Positions 22,841-37,029 of a stretch of DNA of 64,000 nt are shown piece by piece. Numbering within the stretch: position 1 is the stretch's first letter; each line of letters opens with the position of its first letter. The notes beneath the pieces are model-generated. The model saw only the letters and a program-made list of their open reading frames with translations. It ran no database searches and was not told the origin of the DNA. The position numbers and the translations under genes are program-made. Source of the DNA: Neoechinorhynchus agilis (lineage: Eukaryota > Animalia > Acanthocephala); the NCBI GenBank assembly GCA_051530055.1, contig CM121342.1, forward strand, positions 11,423,480 through 11,487,479, read 5' to 3'.

Positions 22841-24545
22841 ATAAAAATCTATTTATCGTTATCTTAAAATCACCACAAATGCGCACTTTGTTATTTGGTT
22901 TTCGTATGACCACTATTAGAGTGGCCCATTCCACATTTCCTATAGATTCATTCACCGGCTCTAATATTCCTTCGTTGATCAATCTATCTACTTCTCTCTT
23001 TGCTGGGATTTCAAGGGCACATGGTATTCTGCGACTACTTGCAACTATCGGCTCTGCGTTTCGTCTTAATTGTAATTTCACAATCATATCTTTGATGGGT
23101 TCTCTCTTTTTGATAAACACCACTTCATGTACCCTCAAACAACAACGAACCTTTTCTTCATCTGTCACGTTATTTATCGCATTCACATATACTCCTCGGG
23201 GCATGTTCAATCCGAATTTTTGACACCATGGTAAACCGAACAGACATTTATCGGCGCTTTCCACGACTGTTGCTTTTACCTGTCTCTTCATATTTCTTAG
23301 TTGTACACTAATTCTGCACTCTACAAGGCTATGAATTCTCGATCCACCGAAACTTATCAATATTTTACTCCGTCTTAAAGTCGGCTGTCCAATCGCCTCC
23401 CAAACGGATCGAGAAATAATGCTCACATCGGCGCCCGTATCGAATTGCATCTTTGTTCGCACATTATTCAAACGTACGGTCACCCATGCCTGTTCGTTCT
23501 TTCTGTTATCAGCTCCATTGACTTTGAAGATCTCTACTTCGCCATCGCTAGATTCCAAATTTTCGTCTTGAATCAGGTTTACCTGCTGCGTTCGACATTT
23601 GCTAGCGAAGTATCCAATTTTCCCGCACTTAAAGCATTTGCGTCCCTTTGAACGGCATTCTTGATTTCTATCATGGTCGTAACCGCAACGCGGGCAGCCC
23701 CTATTATTTTCCACTCTATATCTTCGTCGCTCTTTTCGATCTTTCTCCAGTTTGAAAATTTTATCTTCTGGCTCTGATTCCTGCTTTGGAATGATGGCCA
23801 TCGCTCTTGTAGCCGCCTCGTACCTCTGAGCGACTTGTTGCAAAATTTCAAAGGTGAGGTTTTCTTCTTGTAGGGCAGATCTTCTGATCGCTTCGTGTGG
23901 TGTATTCAGCACCACGTGATCTCGAATTCTGGCTGCCAATGCGTCTTCCTCGGTTTGAATATCTTCTTTGAAAAAAGAACATCCTTCGCCAACTCCCTTC
24001 AGCTCCGCAAACCACTCTTCGTAGCTTTGGTTCGACTTCATTTTCATCTGCGCGAATCGATACCTGCTTGTTACCTCGTGCTCATATCCTCCAGCTAATT
24101 TTCCGATTATCTCTATTATCTTATCATATGCCACCTCCGATATTTTCTCGCGAGTGACAAACTTGGTCAATTGACGAAAAGTTTTCGGTCCCATCCATGA
24201 CAACAAACATGCTTTTTTTGTCTTTGGATCAGTTACCTTGCACCATTCGAAGTGCTGCTCCATTTGCAATATGTAATCTCTCCAATTCTCATCCTCTCCA
24301 AACGGTCGGAACGCCGATATTTCTGCTTCTCTCTTTTTTTTCTGATCCACCAAAAGCTCGATGAGTCTGGCCTGCTGCTTCACTATTTGTTCGATCCCAT
24401 CGCTGTCACCAATAAATATCATGAGCAGAGTTACAACAACTTTTTTATATTCACCCTTGCACGCTATCACTACTATATATATCATGTGTATTTGCGTCAC
24501 CATGCAAATCATGGCATCTGCGTCTCTACGCAAATCACTACAGGA
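22840..24545 (-). mobile_element. Truncated Ty3/Gypsy (Mag-like) element: gag, protease and start of RT; PBS-like site at 24395-24411
   Basis: ORF 22824..24533 has two knuckles, MQFDTGADVS and EWATLIVV...RICGDFKITIN, and is cut where the Penelope sequence begins. Confidence 0.9.
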
Positions 24546-24739
24546 GGTACCGGACTAATTGACTGGATGTGTTATTTAAAAGTCTTCACGGTGGGGTAAA
24601 ACGTTCTGTAAGGACATTTTGAACATAGATTAGTTTGTCTAATGATGGCTCCTAAGGAGATTTCTTGCTGATTGTAACTTTTTCCATCGTGTTCAATCTC
24701 GATAGATTCCTTTAATTATTGTGATCGCTACGATATTCG

Positions 24740-25440
24740 AATTTAAAGGCTAGATCTTATATTTTGTCGAAATGCAAAAATTTAAAAAGTCAAAAGCGAG
24801 ACAATAAAAACTCACATCAGTTTCACGCTCTTCGGGATAAATGGCGTTCGTTTCGACATTTAGGATTTTTTTGTCTTAGTGAATATTTACGACATGATCG
24901 CCACGGGTTGCTCGAAAATTACATGAAAGATGGAATTGGTAACCAAAAACAACATTTTTAATATTTAGATCACATGGAAAAATTTTCGTTTATTTATTTC
25001 GTTGTATCCATAAGGCTATTCTGTAAAAAGCGAAAAGGTCAGCGAACTAATTCACAGTCTCGATTTCTGTCTAAAATTGATATTTATCAAGCGTTCAATC
25101 GAGAACTAGAAGACTCCGACAATTCGCGATTATTTTCATTAAACTCAAACGTTGCACATCTTTGACGACCGAGCAGTTGAAGCAATGGAATGCGAATGGA
25201 AGGTGGGCCAATACAAGCAATCGCTTATTTACCTGGCCATTGATTATGACACAAAACGTTTGCCAAAACACTGCTCAAGACAAGAGCATCGCATGAACTG
25301 ACATGAACTGCAAGAATACTTTGAAAACAATGTCAACAATAAACAATTGAGTATAAATGCATCCTATATCAATGTTTGAAGACGGTGTGAATTTAAGGAT
25401 CCACTTGCGAGCTATTCGAACCGAGGATACAATATCACAC
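24740..25440 (+). repeat. Dispersed ~700-bp repeat; second copy at about 32770-33600 with an internal duplication
   Basis: Near-identical by eye (aaaagcgagacaataaaa; gacaagagcatcgcatgaactgacatgaactgcaa; gaagacggtgtgaatttaagg). Confidence 0.85.
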
Positions 25441-25456
25441 TCATCTCTTTTCATTC

Positions 25457-26050
25457 ATGGCACAAATAACGATGGAGAATACCAAGCGAGCGGGGGTTCT
25501 CGGCCACAATAATAAAGTTTATATATCCTGGGAGACCTAATTAGCGAAGGCAGCTTCGGGCAGATCCTCAAATGCAAACAAAAATGATCTAACCGCAACC
25601 TCGCAGTTATGATCTTAAAGAAAGCGATTGGGAACTTCGAAATAATTGGTTGTGAAGTCAAGATGTTTAAGGCAATAAAAGAGGCCGATGGATTACGAGC
25701 TAATATTGCAGTTCCCCTCGAAATGTTAAAGTATTGAGGTCATCAGTGCATGATTCTTGAACGCTACGAAATGGACCTTCATGTGTTTGTAAACACATTT
25801 GGACCAATGCAAATCAATCGGTTGTTCTCCTTGGCATATCAAATGTTGCGAACATTAGAGAAGCTAAAAGATCTTAACATTGTTCATTGCTTGAACTTAT
25901 CCCAGAGATCGAGTTTATTCCACTGTCGCTATCAAGCAAAAATGGGAGCGTCGCTCAAGTTTTCGAATAACGAGCGGCGATCATCTTCGTGTTTTCTACG
26001 ATGAAAAGAATCTGTATGATTATGTGGAGGTGAGCATTAACGGAAACGGT
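25457..26050 (+). pseudogene. CMGC kinase pseudogene, copy 2
   Basis: Same motifs as copy 1, with in-frame TGA stops. Confidence 0.75.
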
Positions 26051-27259
26051 AAATATTTAGAAACGTTGTTATGAGCAAAGTATTTGGCGTTAGAGGCGAA
26101 AACGTTCCTTCTTCAAACATTGTATAAAAAGTGAAGTTTTATTAACGATTTGAGAGACAATCTATTACCCAATTCCTAAAAAGTCAAAAATTTAAAGCAG
26201 ATAAAATAAAAATGTTTCAAGTTTTTCATCTCGCAATCACACTACAATTCGAGCATTCTTGGAAATCAAAAATCGCGTTGCTCTGTGTTTAAAATAAGAT
26301 CAAACTTGCCAACTAAATTCTTTTACGCGAATGCAAATCTTAAAGACTATAATTAATTATTTATAAAACAAAGACTTCTTTTGGCATTCAAATACTTTAC
26401 CTAATAAATAGAGATTGTAAAATTTCTTTAAGATTGTGTTAATTTTAATTCAACTTTTACGCGAGGCCACAGTGGGATATTTTAATTTTCTTTTTTTTGA
26501 AATTGCCTCCATTTATATTAAAATGAGCTTAGAGGTCCGAAGATAAATCTACAAATAATGAACGATCGACTCCTCGCTTTGGTGCGCAATTACGCTATTC
26601 ACACTCATTGGCGATAATTTATTACACTTTTTGTGTAGTTTGTCACAACGTGTTTTTTTATTATTTTAATAGTTTTCCTTGATTGTATACTTTCGAAATG
26701 AGAGAATATTGTTGAGTTGTTTGCTCATCCTAATGAATTCGATTTTTTATGTTGCGAAAAAACTACAATAATTTATTATAAGTTCGATATTTCAGAACAT
26801 ACAAGCAAACCGGACTTTTTCTTCGTTAACTTTAGGAAGCAGTTTCTTAGGTCATAAAAGAAACACTTTATTAATTTACTATTCAACCGGACAAGTTTTT
26901 CATTTAAAAAGCTCATCCCAATGAATTCGACTTCTTTTTTGTTGCGAAAAAAAGTTGCTTGTATTTGCTTAAATATCGATTTGTATATTTTAATTTTTTC
27001 CACCATATATAAATGGCGTGAACAATTTCACGTTCAAGCAATTCGATTTCTTATGCTTTCCGAGCGAAGTAAGAGACTCAGCTTTTATATTTTACGATTC
27101 GCGAATGTCGAGAAGTGGGCAAAACGTTCTTGAAGAAAGAGTTTGACATTCAGCGTCGTAACTTGGGTGTATGTGGTTGAATCGTCGATGGGTCACGAGT
27201 GTGCGTACTTTTTTGTTTCTATATACAACTCTTATTACAAAAACTTGCTTCAAGCAATA

Positions 27260-27973
27260 ATGCGTAGAAGAGGTTGGTACAGCCTATTGTTTTCATCGGC
27301 TGTAGTTCATGGAATTGTAAGTATAATGGCAGGGTTTGCTCTTTTGGGTAGCCGAAGGTATGTTCCGAGCGAGGAGAAATCGAGAATAAAATTTGAACAA
27401 AGTCGTGTAACGTTCTCCATTTGGTTCGTTATCAATTGCATTACCTTCGCTTTTAAATGGATCTGCGTATTTGTTTTAAAAACCTACAGATCTTCTGCAC
27501 GTGGACGTTTAAAAAATAGAATAGTCAATGGAATCTACATTGCTTTTATCGGTTTCATCCTGATGGCTTTCGTCCTTTCCTTACTCTGTCTTGGTTTACT
27601 GTATGATGTGATGTTACCTATTTCTAAAAGCCAACAGGTAGCGACCATACGAATTACGTTTATGGACTTATGGATAATTCTAATTGTTAATATTATCTGC
27701 TATGGATTTTCATTAACTGCAGCCATTAATCTGATCATGGAAATGATCGGTTGATCGGATTAAGGAGCGAGTTGTAACCATCTAATCCACCGAGTAAAAG
27801 ATCCAGAAACGATTGAGCAACCTAATGTTTATGTACAACCTCCAGAGTATATTGAGATGAATGAACCGGATGTGCCATCTTTTGTCTATAGGATGAGTCC
27901 CATCGATGAACGTCCTACGTTGAGACCAGAACGATGTAGTCGATGTGACACGAACGATAATGAGAGGTTTTGA
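27260..27973 (+). CDS. Four-transmembrane protein, copy 2
   Basis: Paralogue of 14720-15433 with an intact frame and the same 15-nt interruption at 27750-27764. Confidence 0.65.
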
Positions 27974-28900
27974 GCGCAATCGCGGAGATTCGGACTGATT
28001 TTGATTGTATTTTAAATCAACTTCATTTGAGATGCTGTGCTTTTTTGCGAATTCGCCGTCAGTGGGGCGATTTGGGGTTTTAGATTGGTTATCACTCTTG
28101 AGATTATAACTAGCTATCTAATTTGTAATCGAGAAAATACACGAATGTTCGATTTCCGTGCATTACAATTCCGTTAGTGAATATCTACTGGAAAATTTTT
28201 TGGATTCGGTTTTTCTTTTTTTGCATGCATGAATGAACGGTCATTCGATACTCTCAATTTTATCAGAAATTAATGTTCGTAAAGTATTGAGGGCGCCATA
28301 AAGACCTTTTTGATAGTTCTGTATTATCTTAACTTAGATGGCTCACAATGCAAGGTGCATTACTGAAACACATTTCTATCTTCGACTATCTATTCACGAT
28401 ATTGGTTTTCTGAACATCATTTTGGATCTATTAGTAGGCAGCTTAATCGACGGCCAAGACTTCAATGGTTTCAAAAGCCCTGAGAATTTTATATACGCAT
28501 CGGATAGCAATTATTTTTGGTTTATAAGATAATGTTCCTGAAAGGATGCTTACTGTTTCGAATCACACGTAATCTGATTTTAAGGGTGATTATGTACAAT
28601 TCCCCATTTTTATACCTCACTTCGTTTTGCGTTTCCTTCTATTAAGGTCATCAGCATTGTTTAGATTATTTTATTAGCTGCGGACGACTACATCAACAAT
28701 GCCAAAATTTTTGTAGATGATATCTAATTTGATCGTCGTGCATTTTGTTTATTGGGTTGCAGCACACGAGAAATTGAAGCTTTTGGTCTTACGAACCTTA
28801 ATTTAATGTCTTAAAAAATAATCCAAAGGGTATTGTATCCATGAAAATTCCATTGGGTGACAATGTACTATTTTCTGTGATTTTAAATGATAATATGTGT

Positions 28901-29290
28901 TTTTTTCGCATTTTTATGGGTAGCTCATTTCCACACACGGCTGAATGGGCACACACTCCATCGATTTCGGTCTGGGAAGCGCTGGTCTGCGCTCAATGCC
29001 CAGGACCGTAGGTTATTAGTTTGTAAGAATCCCCTCGGATTCTCAAATACAACTGGTGGAGGCAGGACTCATCAGTGAGTTGCTTCTCTTCAGCAGTATT
29101 TGTCCTCTTTGGTTGTGCGTCACCGGCGGGAACAGATTCGAGCCCGTTGACTCTAACTTGGATCTGCAGCATTTGTCCACTTGACCACCTCAGTACACTA
29201 CAGAATGTACAAACTGCGCCACTTCAGCATGGATAAGCTTTCCGATTTTTTGCATTTTTATGGGTGGCTCAGCCAGTAGTCTTTTTATAG
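28901..29290 (-). mobile_element. tRNA-headed, hammerhead-containing repeat, copy C (about 344-nt period)
   Basis: Box A tggtcaagtgg, degenerate box B gggctcgaatc, CTGATGA core, and terminal direct repeat gcatttttatgggt(a/g)gctca at 28908 and 29252. Confidence 0.8.
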
Positions 29291-31553
29291 ATATTTTGAT
29301 TAGGATTCATCGTCTTAAAGGCTTGTGAGTGTTTTTAGGTTCGATAGATGGCAAAAACATGCGATAATTACACTTCTTTGATCGAAAACAAATCGAATAA
29401 GATGTAAAGATTTAGTTTTTAGAGTTTTGCGATTTCTAGATGGAAAATTCGTAAATTGGAAGCGCCACAGAACCATTTTGTTAAGATTTCATGAACTAAT
29501 TATACAAGTAAAATGTGTAAGGAAGGCGACGACTTAGTTAAAGCGTACGATAAATCGCCTGACACGTATCTAGTTGGCCTGTACTGATTAAGCTCTAATG
29601 AACAAAACCAAAAAAACGATGTGTTCAAAATCTTCAGTCTTTTCTCATATGAAAAGCACTTGGACATTGGATGGGCACAAATTTGAGGCAATCAGTCGCG
29701 TACATATCTGCCCGTAAATAACTTCTTTTTCTATCGATTTTAGACATCAATCACCCAAACGAGATCGCAGCTTCAGAGGCGACATTCTTGGGCTTTTACT
29801 TCATACAACCAAATATCTGCCTACTCACGATTTCATCAGGCACGATACTCAAAGTAGGCCGGTGTAAGGCAAACATTCACAGGTTAAAAAGACTTCGCAT
29901 ATGCCACTAGGTTTTATCGTCAACGTAGGACCGCACTTCGAAGATGAGTAACTGGCGTGCTTTAAGAAGAATGTTTTTTTCGAAAATGTGCCCCATCTAC
30001 TAAGAATTATACTGCCATGAACAATAGTAGCCTGAGGAATCAATTTCAGCATAGTTCAACTTTTTGTGACTCGAAGTACGTCTTTGATGGTCTCACCGAC
30101 AGATCAGTCAGACAGGCGCTTGATCGTTCAATGTCACTTAATTGTGTAGCATCAAATAATATACAGTCATATGAAATCAGGACAACAAGACGATACGATA
30201 CGAAGGAGTTTAAAGAACGACTTTCCATTCAAGACAACTTACACACACTCCACGATGTCTTGAAACCGCCGAGAGATTTGCGATTGAGTGACGAATCAGG
30301 TTCTTTGAAACGATATCGGTCTCAGCTTTCGATTCCAATTGGTCCATTCGTTGTTAAACTAAGGCGACCGTACACTTATATACCAATATATTTCAATTAA
30401 AATATTTGCTTCTAAGACAATAGAGGTGGTAGTACTTGAAAGGTATGAGACGTTTTTTAAACTAGAAAACTTTTTTAATTTTGTTAGATTTTGAATTTCA
30501 GATTTTACTTAAGCTCGCGTTCGAACAAAAACTCGATTTGAAGACACTACCGAATAAATGAAGCCACCATTATCTACATTGAAAATCTATTGTCGGCGAA
30601 GAATGCCAATACTCTCGCTTAAAACTGCCGCAAAGCATTAAATAGTTAGAAACTTTTAAATGGCGAAAACTCGTGCAATAAAAGCTGAATTTTACTCTTT
30701 TAAATACCGAAAAATGAAACCGTTTGTAATCAATGTACAGATAGAATTTAAAAAACCGAAAAGGTTGGATTGTTGATATAAATGGAACAAATTTTGAAAA
30801 CTACGCATGCATCCCAATTGTGATGGTTGCCTCTTTTTGAAAAGAGATCGATGATTAATCTGTGTGTTGTCATCATTTAGTTTGACACTACCTGCATTTC
30901 CTTTGCAGTTCCGCTGGTTTTGATTGCGAAAAATAGCAACGGTTAAAGTTTAAAACGTAAATGTGGAGTCATCTTGGCACGAACGCCCACTCGAACCATT
31001 GTTCGGCATTCACGGTGCCTTTCTGTATTTAAGTTTGGAATCAGGCGTTCTGCACCACCGTTTCAAACTCCATTTTCGCCAGAACAACTTCCAAATGTCT
31101 CTCCTGAAATTTCTATGTGCACCAATCTACATCCCATGGAAATTATACGTCGAATTCGTTAACTCAGTCAGTTTGGGTCTAATCGGAGGAATCAAGGTAT
31201 TCATGCGAGTACTAGCGTTGCCGTACCTAAGAAGATCCACTTATAACTGCTAGAACAGTAAATTCGGATTGGTTGATAATCATTCATGAGCTGAACTTTG
31301 TTTTCTTTTTTTGTGTGAAAGGGATGTAAATGGAGGTCGGGCTTTTGAGAATACGCGCTATTTAAGTGAAACTGTTTTTTTGACAACTAGTCTAAAGCTT
31401 TAATTTTACCATTTTAAAAGAATGTTTCCTCAATACATTTCTGTTTTTCTTTGTTGAGTTTGATATTTAGGTTATAAAATGGAGTCTCTGAATGCAAAAT
31501 AGCCACCATCGTTTGTATGAACTCTACAAAATGAAAATCGCTACTTTATTAGT

Positions 31554-32444
31554 TTAAAAGAACAAAAGGAGACTGAGTAAAAGCGAATTTGCAAGCACTG
31601 AGTATTCTTCATTCAAAACATTGGATTGAAGAGTCGGCACCAAAAACAGGTACATTAGAAGAATCACTAAACGAAGTAGTTCATTTGTGTCTAAATCCCA
31701 CAGCAGATTACCTTTATTGTTCCAATTAGAAATGAGAATAATGATGCTTCTGAATGGCGTTCGCGTATAAATCAGCCGAGAAAGCAGAAGACACTTTGCA
31801 ATGTTGGATTCGTTCAGTTTAATATTTTTATACTTGGAGATGGACAATAAAACGATCAGGAACCAAAATACCGGAAAAGGCATAGTACAATTGATGGCGA
31901 ACAAGACGAGAAATCTGATGAGAATATTTTTGATTCGAAGAACGTAGAGAATCGTCAAAGTGAGTAAAATGAACTTGACTCCACTATTAACACCATCAAT
32001 GCGAAGTATCTAAATTTGCGGAATAAAAGAATTGCTGTTGAAACAAAAACTTACATCCAGTGTCCACAAAATGGACGCTGCGATGACTTGGCAGAATAGA
32101 GCAAACGACTTTAAGAACGACAAAAAGCTGATTAGACCATAATTGTTCCTGGGCCCCTTATATTGGCGGACCGGAACACATTGGTCCAATCTCCTTAAAG
32201 AAGGTAACTGAATCAACACCTCCTGTCCATCGTCTTCGAATTTCACGCCGACACAGTCACCAATCACATAAGACGTAACTCTGGCTCGCTTGTGGTACGT
32301 GATCTTCTCTTGATTATTCAACCAATAGTCTTTTGGAGCAAGGACAATTTCGCCAATTTTCATCGAATGAAATCCATTTCGTACACCCATTGTCTGATTT
32401 GATGGATGGCCCAGAGAAGCAGCGCACGATTTAACATGGAACAT
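31554..32444 (-). CDS. Tudor-like domain plus multi-TM protein (lamin B receptor-like architecture)
   Basis: GEIVLAPKDYW...ARVTSY...VGVKFEDDGQEVLI is followed by hydrophobic segments. A canonical 45-nt GTAAGT...TAG intron at 32054-32010 joins the two ORFs in frame. The 3' end is uncertain. Confidence 0.55.
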
Positions 32445-33819
32445 CGTTAGCTTTTCCTAATAGAAGTCTCGTGTTTACGCCAATCAGAACCATAGCAACC
32501 GATATATTGTTCCACAGCATTTGCTTTTGTTATTCAAAATTGATCATTAGTGTAATTAAGTTCATCAGCTGACGAAGAAAAGCTGTAAGATAATTTTGAG
32601 ATTATATAGTCAATAATCATTACATCTAAGCTTTAGCCATTTTTATTTAAGAGCTTTTAAGTATTTAATGAAATTTAAATTTTTTATGAATTCTACACGC
32701 ATCAGGCTTTTTCGGCGAACTGACATATTTGAACTGTTATCGTGGCCACCCTTTTTCTTGGCACCTGTCTCGATACCTGAAAGTCCTTATTTTATATTTT
32801 GTCGAAACGCAAGAATTTAAAATAGTCAAAAGCGAGACAATAAAAGCTCACATTAGTTTCACGCGCTTGCGCCGTTCCGACGTTTGGGATCGGTTCTTCC
32901 TAGTGAATATCAATGACATGATAACCATGAGTTGCTCAAAAATGATATGAAAGATGGAATTGTGAACCAAAAAAGGTTTAAGAATTGAGATCACATGTAA
33001 AATTTTGCGTTTATATATTTCGTTGTTTCGATAAGAATATTCTTTAAAAAGCGAAGGGCCAGTAAACTAATTCACAGGCTGGGTTGCTCGAAAATTACAT
33101 GAAAGATGGAATTGGTAACCAAAAACAACATTTTTAATATTTAGATCACATTGAAATATTTTCGTTTATTTATTTCGTTGTATCCATAAGGCTATTCTGT
33201 AAAAAGCGAAAAGGTCAGCGAACTAATTCACAGTCTCGATTTCTGTCTAAAATTGATATTTATCAAGAGTTCAATCGAGAACTAGAAGACTCCGACAATT
33301 CGCGATTATTTTCATTGAACTCAAACGTTTGACGACCGAGCAGTTGAAGCAATGGAATGCGAATTGAAGGTGGGCCAATACAAGCAATCGCTTATTTACC
33401 TAGCCATTGATTATGACACAAAACGTTTGCCAAAACACTGCTCAAGACAAGGGCATCGCATGAACTGACATGAACTGCAATAATATTTTGAAAAAATGCC
33501 AACAATAAACGATTGAGTATAAATGCATCCTATATCAATGTTTGAAGACGGTGTGAATTTAAGGATCATCTCGCGAGCTATTCGAATCGAGACTACAATC
33601 GTTTTACTTTCAAATTCATCAATTCGTTCATGGTTCGAGAGATCAGCAAACCAGCGTCAAAGTGTTTTCAATCTGTGTACGAACACAGCCTACAAAATAT
33701 ATCTTTACTTGTAAATAGAAATAACAGTAAACGAATAATCTGCCGATACTTTTGTAGTTTAAAGTTAATATGTATTTTGCAGCTTGCCGGTTTTTTTTCA
33801 GACATTAAATCATTCACAC

Positions 33820-33990
33820 CACCGCTCTAGATCACTCAGCTGCCGTCCTGGAATAACGGTCGAAAGGACGGATGCAGCGTTCCCTCGCTGCACAGCCAGA
33901 CTTATGTTTTGTACGAGGAATGCTCCTGATCTCGGATCGCCAGTGATTCGTCTCAATCTCTTAGACAATTTCTTGACCAGGTTCTTCGAC
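33820..33990 (-). mobile_element. 3' tip of a CRE-like RLE non-LTR element
   Basis: Encodes AFLVQNISLAVQRGNAAS and matches 39490-39650. Confidence 0.75.
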
Positions 33991-36399
33991 CGCGATTAAA
34001 GAAGCAAGCTAAATTACAAATCTCAAATTTTTTTTATAAAATCCAGTATTTTTAAAACCACGTTAATCATTGTAAAATTCTTAAGGTAGGAAATAATTAT
34101 TTTAGGTATTTGACGGAATATTACACTGAGTTTAGGAAAATTTCAAATCATGGCTCAATCTTATTCGAAAATTTAAAAAAAAGGTTATTAAGAAAGGATA
34201 CTGGAGATGCTCTGCAAAAGATCTTTTTTCAGATTCACCTGCATCAAAAGCCTAAAGATCCAATTTTTAGAATAACGCACAACAGACAGTGGAATTTTAT
34301 ATCTGTCTGAGGAAGACAATGTAGTTATACTACAAGAAAGAAAGGGTGTTCTGAGGGAGTCGTCTACTTCGACAATTATTTAACTCTCGGCCTTCAATTT
34401 TTCATAAGAATAATTCATCAAACCAAGTTTAGGACTTGTGACATTTCGTGTTAATACGAAGTATATGTGATCATTTTTTCGGTGGAAGCAAGACTTTTGA
34501 CCTAATTATACTTCTAGGTTTTTGCGCATGAAACAGTTATTAAATTATCACAATTCTCTACACCAAAAATTGGATCACCCAGTGATATTTTGCACAAGGA
34601 AAATGTGTGAAATTTGGGTTTCGAGAATCGCGTGAGGGGATTTACTATGCAAGGAAGCCTTAAATTCACTCCTATAAGATCGCAATACACCGACGATTTT
34701 ACGAATCGCAAGCCGTCGACTGTTTTATATCAAATGTCCCTTTAAAGTAAGTAAAGTTATCGGTTCATTTAAATTAAATATGTGCCATTCGACGATTGAT
34801 GCCCATTGAAACGGATGCATCCGAACGACATTTAAGCAAAAATAGAGAAACGCGATCTGAAAAGAGATGCTTATAAATAATAAATTATTAGAATTTTTAT
34901 GAGACGCAATTTTCATATTTTGTTCGCAACCAAGGATTTATGTTTTACCTCGTTTGGGAAATAGAATTAAAATGAAACGACAAGGTGGAAAAGGAAAGTG
35001 TGGAAAAAGCAATGCTCTTTATTTTTAATTAATAGCATCATAAATCGCCAATAATTTGTAGTTTATCGTGTAAATTGAATAAGTGGAAGGTCTGAACAAT
35101 ATGGTTCAAAATATTCGTAAATAAACTCATTGCTCTGACCGAAATGTTCCTTTAATTCCATTAAAATTACTTCGAAAGCTTCTTCAATAAACCCTGCATA
35201 ATCTTCTTTACCAATTTTACTTGCAATAAATCTGAGTTCAGTTAAAGGTGGATAACCATTAATCTGTTTTATAATAAATGGCGCAGTTTGGTCTCGAATG
35301 TACTCAACAACATTTAGGAACCCTCTTGAACGAATATTCTCATTACTTTCTCGCGTTGTACAAGAAAAAGGACTGAGAATACTCCGTTTTTATGATAAAC
35401 GTAATTCTCCACAATATCCAATTCAAGGATCCAGAACATTCGCGATCTCACGTTTACTCGTTTAAATCGATGCAATCGAAGCTTCCGCCCGCATCTGTCT
35501 TTACCGTTGATCGCGCATAGTCCCTCTAAATAAAACTCCTATTCCGCGACCGATGGTGTACATTTAAACTTTCATCTATCATATTTTCCTTTAGGACACT
35601 GAATGTGATCGGTGAATCTATAATCTTTTCTGTTACCTCCTGAGTTATTTCCGCTATTGGAACCATTGCAAGAACGCTAAGTAGAATGCACATCAAGACA
35701 CTGAATTGAATTAAACTCATTTGGTGTCGACTAAAAGATTATCGAAGAGTTCAGAGTAGTTTGAGTGGTAAAAGACTTGTCGTGTACTAGCAAATCTCTT
35801 ACTCATTTTTGGATGAGTGTGCTGAATAATCCGAAGACAAAGTAGACTGAGCAATTTTCTCCCACATTATCTTAAGCCGATTTCGATATTGCGTAAATCG
35901 TTCAATCGCATTAAAAATAAAACGAAAAATATTTCGGTGTAAATTGTATAGAGAAATAAAGTGAGATTATTGTGCAAGTCACAAACATTTTAAGAATTTT
36001 GTTGATCTCTCACCGAACATTGAATTTCGGACTTGCAAAAAGCAGTTTTACGACTACTGACAATCAGTGACTACTCCATTGTGTCAATAATTCGTTAATG
36101 AGAAGTATAAAATCAATTTTATAAACAATATTGTATTATCAGCCCAAAAAAATCCTGACTAACACAAAAAGAGTGCAATTGTAATATTCTGCAAGCTCCC
36201 AGTCTATGATAAAAAAATTTTAAGGGAAGGTGGAAAGTTTTTATTCTAAATTCTCTTATAAAAAGATTATTAATCTCATTTTGTTGTGAAAAAACTAAAT
36301 TTTAGAATTTTTTTCATTTACACACACAACAACAAAACGTTTCAACAATCACCACCGTCCACGAAGAAGAGGCATCACTCTCCCCTCAGTGGTCGCGAC

Positions 36400-36960
36400 C
36401 ACACTCGCTGCGTTCTACCGAGCGCACCAAGAGTCTCCACTCCAAAGGTACAAAAACGTGAAACCTACCTAATTCTCTATATTTCGCCACCTTTCGATCC
36501 GCCGCGGACGTAGCCGCTCTCCCCCTGGGGACTGCACCACAAACCTCCTGCTACTTCCCGCGAACGTGTCTACACACGTGGCGTCCCAGAGAAAACATTT
36601 GCCTTCTCGCCACGGGAATACGGTGATGCCATCCGGGCGGCACAGGTTGCTTGGCTCTAAAATGTTTGGGACGTTCACCGTATCTAGGGCACGCGAAATT
36701 ATGTCGTTCAATTCAGCATGCCGTGAGAAACGACCCCCTGATTTGTTGCAAACAAGACCGTGTCTCCCCAGTGGATCCACGACCATTCCACACCGGCAAC
36801 GATGTTCTACACAAATCGGTAGACCTAATCTAAGGAACACTCCGATCCGAACTGTTTTGTCTACGAGGAGTGTTCCCATGGATGCAATGGATAGGGCTTC
36901 TAACCATGTTCCCGATTCTCTTGTAGAGACTGCCAGCAATCTAGCCCGGTCGACCTCGTC
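36400..36960 (-). mobile_element. CRE-like (restriction-like endonuclease) non-LTR retrotransposon, 3' fragment
   Basis: HRCRCG...GRHGLVC...RHAELN...PDGITVFPWREGK.LWDATCVDT. Confidence 0.85.
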
Positions 36961-37029
36961 GCGAGAGCCTGAAATTAGAGAACTATGACCTCGGGCAACT
37001 AAAGGTACTGCTTTAGGCCATTCACGGGA

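Larger units (their letters stand above)
25390..28078 (+). repeat. Segmental duplicate of about 13415-15540 (kinase pseudogene plus 4-TM gene), with about 550 extra bp
   Basis: Colinear high identity; the segment at about 25990-26550 is absent from the first copy. Confidence 0.92.

Noticed and set aside
29440-31390. Several short ORFs (e.g. 30017..30400, 30974..31162)
   Set aside because: No recognisable motifs and inconsistent frames; possibly a decayed gene, but it cannot be assigned.
34150-34700. Telomerase-like or Penelope-like RT remnant (KKGVLRESSTS...)
   Set aside because: Only a faint resemblance to the QG motif with many stops; I cannot support a call.
35060-35720. Signal-peptide-like ORF 35526..35720 and an open stretch further downstream on the minus strand
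   Set aside because: Could not be joined into a credible gene model or family.
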